Of a DNA stretch of 64,000 bases, positions 1 through 12,197 are shown piece after piece; position 1 is the first letter of the stretch, and each line of letters starts with the position of its first letter. The DNA is from Octopus sinensis (taxonomy: Eukaryota), in assembly GCF_006345805.1 (NCBI RefSeq), contig NC_042999.1, forward strand, positions 125,426,001 through 125,490,000. The letters are read 5' to 3'. The position numbers and the translations under genes were made by a program. Below the pieces are notes generated by a model. The model was not told the DNA's origin. It worked only from the letters and a program-made list of their open reading frames with translations, and made no database searches.

Positions 1-82
1 TGTTGAATTCATTTTCTTTTACTTAATATTCTTGTGGGCCCTTTAAAAATATCATGAACTTGTATTTATATCTTACTTTCAG

Positions 83-204
83 GCAATATTATGTCGATAC
101 AAAGAAAATACTCAACAGTATGTAGCAGTACCACTAACTACTGAACACCACCCTACTGTTTATGAAGAAAGAATGCGAATTCAAAAGGCTGGAGGCCATG
201 TTAA
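83..204 (+). CDS. ILKAP: ILKAP (PP2C/PPM family) internal exon; gene begins upstream of the window
   Basis: AG at 81-82, GT at 205-206. Translates AILCRYKENTQQYVAVPLTTEHHPTVYEERMRIQKAGGHV, matching human ILKAP AILCRYNEESQKHAALSLSKEHNPTQYEERMRIQKAGGNV. Phase fits the next exon. Confidence 0.93.
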
Positions 205-296
205 GTAATATATCAGATTTAATCTGAAATATTTATTGGCAAACCCTCTTTTTATTACTTTTTTATTTTGTTAATGTTTCTTTTTATACTTTAAAG

Positions 297-416
297 AGAT
301 GGTCGTGTGATGGGTACTCTAGAGATCTCTCGCTCCCTAGGAGATGGACAATATAAGAATCATGGTGTCATCTGTGTACCTGATGTTAGGAAATGCCAGC
401 TAACTGACAATGATCG
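297..416 (+). CDS. ILKAP: ILKAP exon
   Basis: Follows a 92-nt GT-AG intron. Encodes (K)DGRVMGTLEISRSLGDGQYKNHGVICVPDVRKCQLTDND(R), containing the PP2C SRxxGD motif. Confidence 0.95.
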
Positions 417-509
417 GTAAAAATACTCCATTTTCTTTTCTAAATTGCATTGAAAAATATTAAATAGGAGAGAAAATTAGAATTATATATTAGTAAGTAT
501 TTTATAACT

Positions 510-1120
510 AATACAGTTCTATATTTGGGAGATGAGGAATTATTTACATTTGACGGATATTTGTCCTCATCTTGTTTGTTGTGAACATGTTTCAGCTGAT
601 ATACTCTCCAGCCTTCATTAGGTGTCTTGGAGGTATTTCAAACCTGGGTTCTTGTTCCTCAGGTATTTTTTGATGTTATTCTTTTCTACTCTAGGCACAA
701 GGCCTGAATTTTTTTGGGGGGGGGGAGGGGCAATCAATTAGATAGACTCCAGTATGCAACTGGTACTTAATTTATCGACCCTGAAAGGATGAAAGATAAT
801 GTTCACCTTGGCAGAGATTGAACTCAGAACATAAAGACAGACGAAACACTGGTAAGCATTTCGCCCAGCGTGCTAACATTTCAGCCAGCTCACCGCCTTT
901 CACTCTCTGAAATCAAGCTCAATTCCAGGCAGTGACCTGAATAATAATGACGACGACGATGATGATGATGATGTCATCGTTGTCATCGAAAAATACCTTA
1001 GGAATGAGAACCAAGATTCAAAATTTCCCCAAGACACCTGACGAAGGCTGGAGAGTATATCAGCTGAAACATGTTAACAACAAACAAAATGAGGACAAAT
1101 ATCCGTCAAATGTAAATAAT
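510..1120. mobile_element. Inverted pair of SINE-C bodies (hammerhead-like motif) with a nested SINE-B
   Basis: Left arm 510-678 (-) and right arm 905-1120 (+) are homologous. The direct repeat GTATTTTATAACT at 497-509 and 1121-1133 flanks the whole structure. Confidence 0.75.
679..898 (-). mobile_element. tRNA-headed SINE-B
   Basis: Head AGGCGGTGAGCTGGCTGAAATGTTAGCACGC...GAGTTCAATCTC. The shared core CTTTCATCCTTTC-GGGTCGATAAATTAAGTACCAG recurs at 21874-22085, 23572-23804, 42113-42510, split at 26285-27110 and degenerate at 61790-62070. Confidence 0.8.
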
Positions 1121-2063
1121 GTATTTTATAACTGTATATTTTTTTGGTTATTTTGTACAAGGTCACTTGACTGAAATAAATTAAATTGCCTAATGATATA
1201 ATAAAATTATGCATAGAAGAATTAGCAGCCAGAACTCCTATAAATTTTAAGACATACACATTGAGTGAAAAAAATATTAAGAACAGGCTTGTAAGGTTGA
1301 AACACTAATAGTTCAGTTCAATCAGGGCTGACCTGAGATTAAACATCAATAAATATATATATGTTATTTTGGTTTATAAAGATTTAAATTCAACCATTTG
1401 CTAATTTTTTTTCCATTTCATCTTCAACGTTAATGAGAAAATCGGTTTTACTTTTAGCAGAAGCAAGATATTACTAATTTCAATATCTTATCAGGGAAAA
1501 AAAAAAATCCAAAACAACATGGAATAATACTGGACACTTGCTGTTAAACTTAATGGAATGAATCTGTTAAAAGTATACATCAAGATTTTATTTCAATATA
1601 TAGTTAGTAGTCATTTTATGAAAAACACTGACCTGTTTATAAAATAATGAATCATATAAGAATGCAGTGAAATTCAGAAATTTATAATGCTGTAAGGGGG
1701 AGAGACTAATGTTTCAAGACACTTTTTGTCTGAGAAAAAACATTTTTTTTTCTTCTTAGTCTATCCAAAAACTTAAGATTTACTCTTAATTTCAATTTAA
1801 AGATAGATATCAAAGAATAGAAATTTAAACTTTATTCCAAGTTCGTCTAAATATTCCTTAAACAGAGAGATATTGAATGGGTTTACTAACTTACCTTTAT
1901 TTAATCATTCTTTTTTCTGACTTAGCTATTTCATCACTTCAGACACTCTTAAAGAAATTACATTTCTATGTCACATATCTTGTTTTATCATTTATATGAA
2001 TCCACTTCAAAAAAATTCATTACCCAGAATATCCATAATGACTTTAAATCTCTTGTCTTACAG

Positions 2064-2145
2064 ATTTTTTATCATTGCTTGTGATGGACTTTGGAAATCT
2101 TTAACTCCTGAAGAATGTATCCAGTTTGTTTGCAATGTTTTAGAG
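2064..2145 (+). CDS. ILKAP: ILKAP exon
   Basis: CAG acceptor 2061-2063, GTAAAT donor at 2146. Encodes FFIIACDGLWKSLTPEECIQFVCNVLE with the metal-binding DG motif. Confidence 0.95.
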
Positions 2146-3330
2146 GTAAATTTCAGGCTATTCCATTTCTATGAAACTAGTTTATATTTCTTTTACCTCA
2201 ATATTTTGTTAAATGAATCTCTGAAAACTGAGATCTGTAACCCAAATCTAACACTTAGGCACGATTTTCCTTGCCTCACAGATCACACTTCAGGAAAGAC
2301 ATTTATATACTTGAATAAATATAGTTACATCCATATCCTTGACAAACAAATATTTAGTCTTGGAAAGAAGATCTAACTCTTTCTAGTTTCATCTTTCATA
2401 AAGACTTATCAGGGATTGCTTATAATATCTGTTATTTATAAATAGTTCATACATTAATTGAATTAGTGTCACAAACGGTTTCATTTCAGTATAAATTGCA
2501 CTTTGAATATAAAGCAACAAGTGACTGTTATAGATCTGAACTTACATTTCAACTATGAAGGCAGTAAAATTGGCCAAGAGAGTAAAGGGAAGATGTCAGA
2601 TTCTTTAGATTATCTAGTTCAGTCACTGTTTTAGAAATCAAAATGATAAAGGTAACTACCAATACTAACAGAAATGAAAAAAGCAAGCAGATAAGCTCTT
2701 AAAATAAAAGGTTGTGAATTGTAAACTCAATTTTACTGCAAATGTATCACTGTCTCTGTACAAGCCATCTTATTGTGCATACCCAACTGCAGAGAAGGGC
2801 CAGGTCTTCTGGAAAAAAGTTAATTGTAATATAAATATAAATGGCATTGCTGAAAGGATATTTTTCCTATTCGTATAATATTACAGAAATTTGAGCTCAC
2901 TGCATGTCTAGTGGATAACTATGGTTTATAGAAATATTAACTCATCATCATCATTTAATGTCGATCTTCCATGCTGGCATGGGTTGGACAGTTCAACAGG
3001 ATCTGAGAAGCTGGAGGACTACATCAAGCTCCAAGGTCTGCTTTGGTGTGGATGGGGACAGATGATTAAACATGAGTGGAGGCATAGTCAATGGTGAGTC
3101 TCAGTTTGAGAAGTGAGGTAAAGAAAAATAGGAGGGAGTCAACAAGGCAGAGGAAGTGACAGATGGTAGTATATAATGGAGAGCAACAGTAAATGAGTGT
3201 ATGTGTATATATATATATATATATATCAGTAATATATGTATGGTAACAAAGTTTATCAACTTCTTGCTCATACATTTATAGTGTCAACAAAATATAAAAA
3301 CTTACTCCACTGTTGATTCATTTGTTTTAG

Positions 3331-3504
3331 GATAAATCAATTGAAGGCAATGGCACCAAAGGTGCAGAAGAAATGCGCTATGAAGCAGCTTGCCAGAGGC
3401 TTGTCAATGAAGCTATCCTGCGACTCACTGCTGATAACGTCACGGTAGTTTTGGTATCCATCTCTCATTTCACTAAGTTTAATTCTAATTTCTGTTGTCC
3501 CTGA
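3331..3504 (+). CDS. ILKAP: ILKAP terminal coding exon
   Basis: TTTTAG acceptor. Encodes DKSIEGNGTKGAEEMRYEAACQRLVNEAILRLTADNVTVVLVSISHFTKFNSNFCCP with stop TGA 3502-3504. Matches human RYEAACNRLANKAVQRGSADNVTV. Confidence 0.92.
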   Translation, partial: DKSIEGNGTKGAEEMRYEAACQRLVNEAILRLTADNVTVVLVSISHFTKFNSNFCCP

Positions 3505-3719
3505 TTATTAAAATAATTTTATTAACAACTTGCACTATCATCTTTTCTTTGGTTTGGTTATGGCTTTAGAGTACTTAGTTAGCCAATATGTGAAACCCTG
3601 TTGCTATGCATAGTTGCATTGATCAAACAGAATAACTAAGAGGTTTGCTAATCCTCTATAACATGACAATCAGAAGAGTGAGGTGTTCCAGATTGCAAAG
3701 CAGTGTCAGTATGAATCAA

Positions 3720-4960
3720 GGCATTGAAAATTGTCCACAAATATAGTGGCACACATCTTCACTGATGTCAAGATAGAGACATGAAAATGCCATTACACAA
3801 ATGTTGCTAAATGAGAATAAGTAGGCGAAAGATGGACTGCCTTCAATAGACCCAACAAAAAGAATCCACTACTGAATTGAGTAACAATATAGTTGAAATA
3901 GCTTTTAACAATATGAAAGTAGGGAAAGCAGTTGGGCAATTAGAGGAGTCACTGAGATGCTGAAAATATCCAAGGATGCATGCTAATCACTTGCATAATC
4001 AGTCAGTTGGTAGAGGGAGTGATTGTTCCCAGTTGTCTAGCAATATTATTAACTGCTACAAATGCGGTAGTGATACTCTGGAAAGAATTAATTATGGAAG
4101 CATCAAACTGATGAACCAAATTATAAAAGTATCAGAAACAGAAAAAGCACAACTAATTAAGAAGAAAATTAAATGAGATGCAACACAATGCTATCAATTA
4201 TTTCATACTAGTGAATCAACTACTGAAGATTAAACCACTATACTAGCATTCACTGATCTGGAGAAGACCTTTTACAGGATGTCTCTTTCACAGTCTAGTG
4301 ACTGTTAAGAAAACTAGCTATGAATGAAAGATATATAAGAGCCATGTTCAGAGATGCTGTCAGTAAGGTGAAAGTCAGCAACAAGTTAAGCAATGAATTT
4401 AGCTTTCAGATAGGCATCCATTAAAACTCAATGCTTTACCTCCTGTTTGTTATAGTTCCCAAGGCCATAACAAATTACTTATATACTAGCTGCCCATGAG
4501 AACTTCTGTTTGCTAATTACCTATTCCCATAGCTAAATTTGTCAAAGAATTAGAGAAATTCCAAATGTGGAAGCAAAGTCTAGAATCTTGAAGTTAACCG
4601 AACCAAAACAAATGTTTTGGTTAACAGTAAAGAATACAAAATTGTTACCAGCTGGAAATGGCTATGCATGCTCAATATGTAGATAAGATAGGAATTCCAT
4701 ACAATGTACACAATGTAAACTACAATGCACAAGATGTGCAGTCAGTGGCAGACTGAGAGAGGTCTTCATTTGTGACAGATGTGCAAGAGTAGTTAGCAGT
4801 ATGTGAATTCTTTCAAATTCTTGGAGGTCTCTCTTGAAGTAAGTGACAACTTCATTTACTTAGTTGACCTAATTATCAGCAGATGAAATATTTCAAAAGT
4901 ATAGTAACCACAGTAATAATGAGGTGAGAAAGCTCAGGAAGCAGTTATCCCTGCTAGCAA
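3720..4960 (+). mobile_element. Old, decayed RTE LINE fragment
   Basis: Degenerate homology to 10196-12197 (GATGCTGTCAGTAAGGTG, TGCCCATGAGAACTTCTG, CAAATGTGGAAGCAAAGTCTAGAATC) with many stops. Confidence 0.65.
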
Positions 4961-5145
4961 GAGAGAAATCAGATCACACTGCCAGAGGAACAGCCATGTT
5001 TACTCCATAACACAAGAAAGAAAACTGGAGCAATCAAGATCAAATCTTACATATCTACAAGACTATTACCTTTTTTAGTACAATGGCAGTGTGGCCAACT
5101 TAAAAAAAGTTTTGGCGAAAGTGCGGATAACTTGACTTTCCCTTG

Positions 5146-5192
<47 letters not shown>

Positions 5193-5207
5193 TCATAGAT
5201 ATATATA

Positions 5208-5640
5208 TACTGAATTGGCCACAAGGTCCATTTTGGATATAATTACTGTTTTGTTCTAGTATCTTCTGCCATTTTGTGGGCAGATCCATTATTTCTTGTC
5301 TTTACAGGTGAAAAACTCTTCCAAGTAAACTTTTACATCCTCTTCAGAGTTAAAAGTCTGTCCATTCAATAAATTTTGAAGAGACCAAAAGAGGTGGAAA
5401 TCTGAAGGCACACGATCGAGCGAATATGAAGGGTGTAGACTAGCATTGCTACAATTAGCAAGTGTCAGACACTTCTGGTAGATCACTGGTCACAGTACAC
5501 ATCTGAACTAATGGTTCTGCCCAAGGGTGAGAGAGCTCATAAAAGACAACACCCTTCCTATCCCACCAGACTGAAGTCATAACCTTCATCAGGTGAAGTC
5601 CCCCCTTTGAAGGTTGTTTGTGGGAACTTGCCACCACTTC
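5208..5640 (-). mobile_element. Mariner (DD34D-type) transposase remnant
   Basis: KVMTSVWWDRKGVVFYEL; LHPSYSLDRVPSDFHLFWSLQNLLNGQTF (decayed HPPYSPDLAPSD motif). Ends at a TA tract. Confidence 0.75.
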
Positions 5641-6987
5641 CATGATTGTGATTCACATTGTTATAAACAATGTTTTGTTTTGTTTTTTTCCCCATCACTA
5701 TTCCTTTCTAAAAGGGAGTGTTTTCTTTATATTTTTGCAAGTAATCACAGATGGGAATCTGTTGAATGAGGTTAATCCCATTCAGATGATGTGGGACCTG
5801 AATATCAAACCTGACATAATCTTGTTGACACATGGTTTTCACCACTCGATTTGAATATATGGAGAATATCTGCAATCATCCTAGGTGTATAATGAAGGTT
5901 AATGCCAACTTACTCCATTTTGTCATTGTTAATCTCAGTTAGCCCAAAATTTCCCAATCAAAATCAAACCACTTCTGGCACACAAATTGCATAAGAGCAA
6001 TCTCTCTGTACACAGCACATATCCTCCTGCAGGTTTCCACCACTTTCTAGCTTTATTAAAATAAAAAATTATTAAAATTAAAAAGTATGAAGTCTCACGA
6101 TTCGTTTTGCTTCTCCCTTTTTAAGGTGATCTCAAGCACACAAATTACTATGAACTATGCTGAAGTGTCAAGTATCTAATGAGTGCACATACACAAGGGA
6201 CAGACTGAAGTAGCTAATTATTAGAGTGATTGAAATTCAGTGTTGACAATTTTGTTTTATATATCATGCATTTTGTTAGAAAATAGTGTTACTAACTGTA
6301 TGTTTTTAATGGGTCAATAAGTGGCTTATTGAATAGCTGATGCTGAGAGTAACTCTGACAATATAAATTCCACAAGATATTTTTGTTTGGACTGATAGAT
6401 GGGAGATTGTTACCTCAATTGGAAACAGGCATTAGTTGCATCAGGAAAGGCATCCGCTGCAGAAAAAAGACACTCATTTGATCTATGCAAGCATGGAAAA
6501 CAAACATTAAAATCATCATCATCATTTAACGTCCATTTTCCATGTTTGCATGGGTTAGATAGTTGGACATGGAGCTGGATAGCCAGAGAGCAGTCCCAAC
6601 TCCAGTTGTCTGTTGTGGTGAGTTTTCTATGGCTGGATGCCCTTCCTAATGCCAGCCACTTTACAGAGTGTACTGGTTGCTTTCTATATGCCACCACCAC
6701 AGGTGCATTTATGCAGCACAAGTGCATTTTATGCAGCACCAGCACCAGTAAAGGACAAGCCTGAATGTATGGATGATAGCAATTTTACTTAGCTTGACGC
6801 ATCTTTTCAAATACAGGAAATCACCACAACTCTCAGTCCCTTGTCATTTTCTCAGTAAAGCCCAGTGTCTGAAGATCCTTTCTTACAACTTTGTCTCATA
6901 TCTTCTTGGGTCTACCCCTTCCACAATTAGAGCTTAGCACTTCTTTATGCAGCTGTCCTCATCCATATGCAGATGATGATATATATG

Positions 6988-7028
<41 letters not shown>

Positions 7029-7194
7029 TCCCAGGATTCCAGAGAATCAGGTACTTAAATAGTAAAGTACTAATTTAAAGACAAATACGTACTTACTAAA
7101 GTAAATACAGATTGCTGCTAAATTAATTCTACCACATTTGACTAGTTTGTCAAGTCGTCAACTATCTCTCTCTCTACATATATATAGATATATA

Positions 7195-7222
7195 CTAGAT
7201 TATCTGTGACCCGTCGGGTCAC
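7195..7222 (-). mobile_element. Helitron-type 3' terminus of a second family
   Basis: CTAG 7195-7198 next to A, plus a perfect 8-bp hairpin GTGACCCG-T-CGGGTCAC at 7206-7222. 5' end not identified. Confidence 0.55.
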
Positions 7223-7351
7223 CTGGAAAGTTTCTCAGCAACAAGGTTTTGTTTTGTAAGTTTTTTTCTTTTCTTTTTCAGGTTATTTTGCATGCTTTCA
7301 ACAAATGTGACATCGAAATTACACATAAATAGCGCCTTTCCCCAGAAAAGG

Positions 7352-7470
7352 AAAGATTTGGCTGCTATTTCTTGCATGCCCTACTACCACATAACAGGTA
7401 TTTTGGGTCCGTCATCGCAAATAGCTGTTACGTGGTAGCAGGGCGTGCTAGAAATAGCAGCCAAATCTTT
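7352..7470. repeat. Foldback inverted repeat (44-bp arms, 27-nt spacer)
   Basis: 7354-7397 versus 7425-7468 match at 40/44 positions. Confidence 0.9.
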
Positions 7471-10195
7471 AGAGGTGAGATACATTGAATGCACTCAAAA
7501 AAACCTATGGAAAAAAATTATTTCACACCAAGATTATGAACGCGTCTTTTACAAAATTTTTACCATATTTTTAAAGTCATTTTCACTTAAAAATATGCTC
7601 AAAAAAATTTTGTAATGGTATTCAGTTGAAAATAAATTTTAAAATCATTAAAATATCATGTTTAAAGAAAGCTAAAATATAAATACTTACTGTACAAACA
7701 ACTTACATTTTTGAAATCACATTTACTTAAAAACATTTCTAAACGATTAAAATATTGTTTAACAAAGGCGAAAACAGAAAAAACAAATTGTATTTTTTCG
7801 TTGTCAAGTCACTGTGTCTAATCAAAAAGTAAGAGTTTCTTCCCTTTCAGAATATTTTCCAATTACGCAGTTTTGGGTATTTATACCCCGAAAACCCCTA
7901 ATATCTCAACAACCACTTGTCCAATTTATGCAAACCTTGTTTTATTCCATTTGTATTCACATACTAATTCATAGTATTTTCCCATTATGTGCCAGTTTGG
8001 CTGGATAACATTGCAAGCAAGATTTAAGCTCACTTTTAATGTATTGTAAATAGATAGATGACTTTACAAACTTATTAAATGTGATTTAATTTAGCAGCAG
8101 TGGTTTAGTCAATAATTCTATTTAAAAGTTTAATATTCTAAACATCTGCTGAGAGTATCAATTGAAATGTTTTTAGAAAAGTAGACATTGAAAATACAAT
8201 TGTTTGAATGAATTATTAGAAAAACATACCTTATTATAACATATGTTTTCATAGACTTTAGTAATGATTTCAAACGAAATGCCACTAAGCATTTTATCCA
8301 GCGTGCTAATGTTTGTGCCAGCTTGCCGCCTTCATAGACTTTAATAAAAAGCAATGTAGTTCCACAGAAATGAGTGGGTCAAAAGTTGCACACAAAATAA
8401 GTTCAATAGGCTCTGGAACTGTTAAAGACAGGCTTCACTTTTTGAAAAATTGAATAAAATAATGATGAATACACATATTTGTATATGAAGATCAAAATGA
8501 ATAATAATGTGATATAAATGAAATGTTCAACATTTTGGTGCATGACTTTTGGCCCATCCTGTAGAAACAAAAAGTTAAACATTCTCATTAACCAGTTTTT
8601 GTTTGTTAGTTTTTTAGCATTTAATCAGCAAGGAGAGAGGCAACATTCAAAACCATTCTGATTTTTCAGGGTGTCTGAGATTGATGGAAGTAAGCTCTTG
8701 ACAAACACAAAAGACCTGTCCCTATACATCAAATGTTTACAACAGAATTTACTCAACTGAAGGCCTCCAAGCTTCAAGAAATGGTGTTAAGCAAATGATG
8801 GATTAAATCACCACTCAAAAACTCCAGAAAGTTAGGAGGCACAAAAACCAATAAAACACAAGGCATTTTATTCAGAATCTTTAACAATTCTGCCAATCCT
8901 CTTCTTTAGACTAGTACTTTACTTTTTCAACCCCAAAAGGATGAAAGGCAGTATCATCTTTAGCAGTAAATATTTCACTTTGGTGCAAATGCTATTGTTA
9001 AATGAATCAACTTTGGTACAATATTGCTGCTTACTTTATAAATCCTGGAGGAAGCTGAGCTCAGAACAAAGAGGTACTAAGGCTATATAAATTAATACTT
9101 TCAGACAAAAATATCTTGTGGTGTTTATTCTACCCAAGTGTCACAAACACTCCACTGTCACTCTCAACATCAGATATTCAATAAACCAATGATTGACCCT
9201 TTGAAAATCTATAACTACCCTATTTTTCACAAAGTCAGAAACCAAAAAGTTCTGGCTTATGTATTCACAAAACATGATACATAAAAATCTTTCTAAAGTA
9301 GTTATCTTTGAAAAGTTAACATGAAGACCAACTATATTTTTGCCCATTCCACCCCACAAAAAAGAGAGAGACATTTAAGAAATAAAGACACAACAAATGG
9401 TATAAACAAGAAGATTATTCTTACCAAGAGTTAGTTGAATAAATAATATATTTTAGCAGGAATTTTAAAGTATGTGAAAAATATCTTCAGTTGTGTTTTG
9501 AAAAAAAAATCAAAATACAATTGTCAAAACTTTGATTTAGTTCATATACATAATGAAGATAAAGATAAATGAGGATGTATAAAATATTTAATTAGTTTAG
9601 TGACAAATATTCTCTGAAGATCTGCTGTTCATCTCTCTTGAGTTTCTTTACCACTGTCAAGTACTGATTTATTCCAAGGTGATCATAGTTATATTAGATG
9701 AATTGTCAAGTTTTTTTTTTTAAATCTCAAGGTAAGTGAAGTGTGAGAGGATTGAAAAACTGAAAATGTGTGAATAATGTTAAATAGATTTGGAGTGAAA
9801 GGATGTTTTATCATGAGCAAAGCTTCTTGATAAGACAATGTAGATTTCAAATTACTTATATTAATACAACTGGTTTTATATAATATATATGATATGACGT
9901 GGTGAAATGAGCTAATAAAATAGTGAATGCTGTGATGAGTTAATGTAATTTTAAGGTGCATAAATAATATCAATTTAATTCTGCTAATGTTTTGTCAGAA
10001 GGGAAGACTAGTTTCAATATGATTATAATTAGTTTAATCAACCCAACCTCAAAGCATTGAAAGACAAAATTAACTTCAGTAAGATGATGTAAATCAGAAA
10101 CCATAAAGTTCTCACTTATGTATTCAACATATTAATTTTGTTAATAGGCATGTCATCGGTAAACATAATACCTAAATTATTGCAACAAAGAAATA

Positions 10196-12197
10196 TTTTC
10201 ACCACCTCGTCCCAGGTTTTCCTGGGTTTACCTCTTCCACGGGTTCCCTCAACTGCTAGGGATTGGCACTTTTTCACACACCTATCTTCATCCATTCTCG
10301 CCACATGACCATACCAGCGCAATTGTCTCTCTTGCACACCACAACTGATGCTTCTTAGGTCCAACATTTCTCTCAAGGTACTAACGCTCTGTCGAGTATG
10401 CACACTGACATTACACATCCATCGGAGCATACTGGCTTCATTCCTCGCGAGCTTACGCATGTCCTCAGCAGTCATGGCCCATGTTTCACTGCCATGTAGC
10501 ATGGTTGTTCGTACACATGCATCATACAGTCTGCCTTTTACTCTGAGCGAGAGGCCTTTAGTCACCAGCAGAGGTAAGAGCTCCCTAAACTTTGCCCAGG
10601 CTATTCTTACTCTAGCAGTTACACTTTCAACGCACCCACCCCCATTACTGACTTGGTCACCTAGATAACGGAAGCTATCAACTACTTCTAGTTTTTCCCC
10701 CTGGAAAGTGACGGAAGTTGTTTTCTGCAGATTTTCAGAGTTTATTGCTCCTGAGCATCTGCCACATACAAAAACTATCTTCCCAGTTAGCCTTCCTTTG
10801 ACATTGCTGCACCTCTTATGTGTCCATAGCTTACACTGGGTACATCTTATAGAGTTTCTACCTACACCTTTTCTACAGATCGAGCAGGGCCATCTTCCTG
10901 AAGACATTTGTGGTTTGTCTACCTTCCTACTTATTAGTACTTTGGTTTTAGCTAGGTTGATTCTAAGGCCCCTCGATTCTAAACCCTCCTTCCACATCTG
11001 GAACTTCTCCAGTTCTGATAGTGACTCAGCAATTAGAGCAAGGTCGTCAGCATAGGAGCTCCCAGGGGCAACCTGTCTTGAATTCCTCCGTAATTGCCTG
11101 GAGGACTATGATAAATAGGAGGGGGCTGAGTACTGAACCCTGGTGGACCACAACCTCTACTTTGAATTCTTGTGTGTACATGTTGCCAACCCTAACCTTA
11201 CTTACGGCATCCCTGTACATGGCTTGCACAGCCCTCACCAGCCATTCATCTATCCCTAGCTTCCTCATTGACCACCAGATAAGGGATCGGGGGACCCTGT
11301 CAAAGGCTTTCTCCATGTCAACGAAAGCCAGGTACAGGGGCTTATCTTTGGCTAGGTATTTCTCTTGCAGCTGTCTCACCAGAAATATGGCATCAGTGGT
11401 GCTTTTCCCTGGCATGAAACCAAACTGCATTTCGTCCAAGTTGACTCTCTCCCTAATCAGTTGGGCTATGACCCTCTCTGTAACCTTCATTACCTGATCC
11501 AACAGCTTGATACCTCTGTAATTATTTGTATCTAGGGCGTCTCCTTTACCTTTGTAGCAGTTGACTAGTGTGCTGCTACACCAGTCATTGGGTATGACTC
11601 CTTCGTGTATCACCTGGTTAACTATATGGGTGACTAGGTTATAGCCGACACTGCCAGATATTTTGAGCATCTCTGCAGTAATTCCTGATGGGCCTGGGAC
11701 TTTCCCTGTCTTCATGCTTCTAATTGCCTTAACTACCAAAGAATTGTCAACTCAGATGGCTGGTCCCTCTGTTGGGTTGACATTCGGCAGACTCTCTTTA
11801 TCCCATTCATTTTCTTTATTTAGCAACCTTTCATAGTGGCATCTCCAAACCTCTCTCTTTGCATCCTCATTTAGCGCAAGTGAACCATCATCCATGCGGA
11901 CACATTTCTCTCCTACCACATCACGATTCTCTCTCACACACTGTCTTGCAACACGAAATACCTCAAGTCTTTCATCCTCACGGCGCAGAACATTGGCAAA
12001 TTTTTTCTCATCCGCTTCCCCTCTGGCTAAATAAACCTGTCTCCTAGCTTCCCTTCTGGCTGTCTAATACAACTCCCTGCTACCACCGTTCTTCCAGTCC
12101 CTCCAAGCCTGTTTGTTTTGTCTAATAGCCCTGTCAACCACATTGTTCCACCACCACGTTACTCTGGGTCGAGATGGGACTTTGCTCCATCCACATT
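10196..12197 (-). mobile_element. RTE-clade LINE ORF2 fragment with complete RT domain, inactivated
   Basis: ORFs 11047-11739 and 10116-10997 carry NYRGIKLL, QFGFMPG, AFVDMEKAFDRV, HQGSVLSPLLF, FRYLG and LRWYGHV. YADD codons are at 11054-11043, with a 2-nt frameshift just before them. Stops at about 11752 and 12063. Confidence 0.92.

Noticed and set aside
9595-9695. Protein-like minus-strand stretch (LTVVKKLKRDEQQIFREYLSLN*)
   Set aside because: No start codon or credible acceptor, an upstream in-frame stop, and no recognisable homology.
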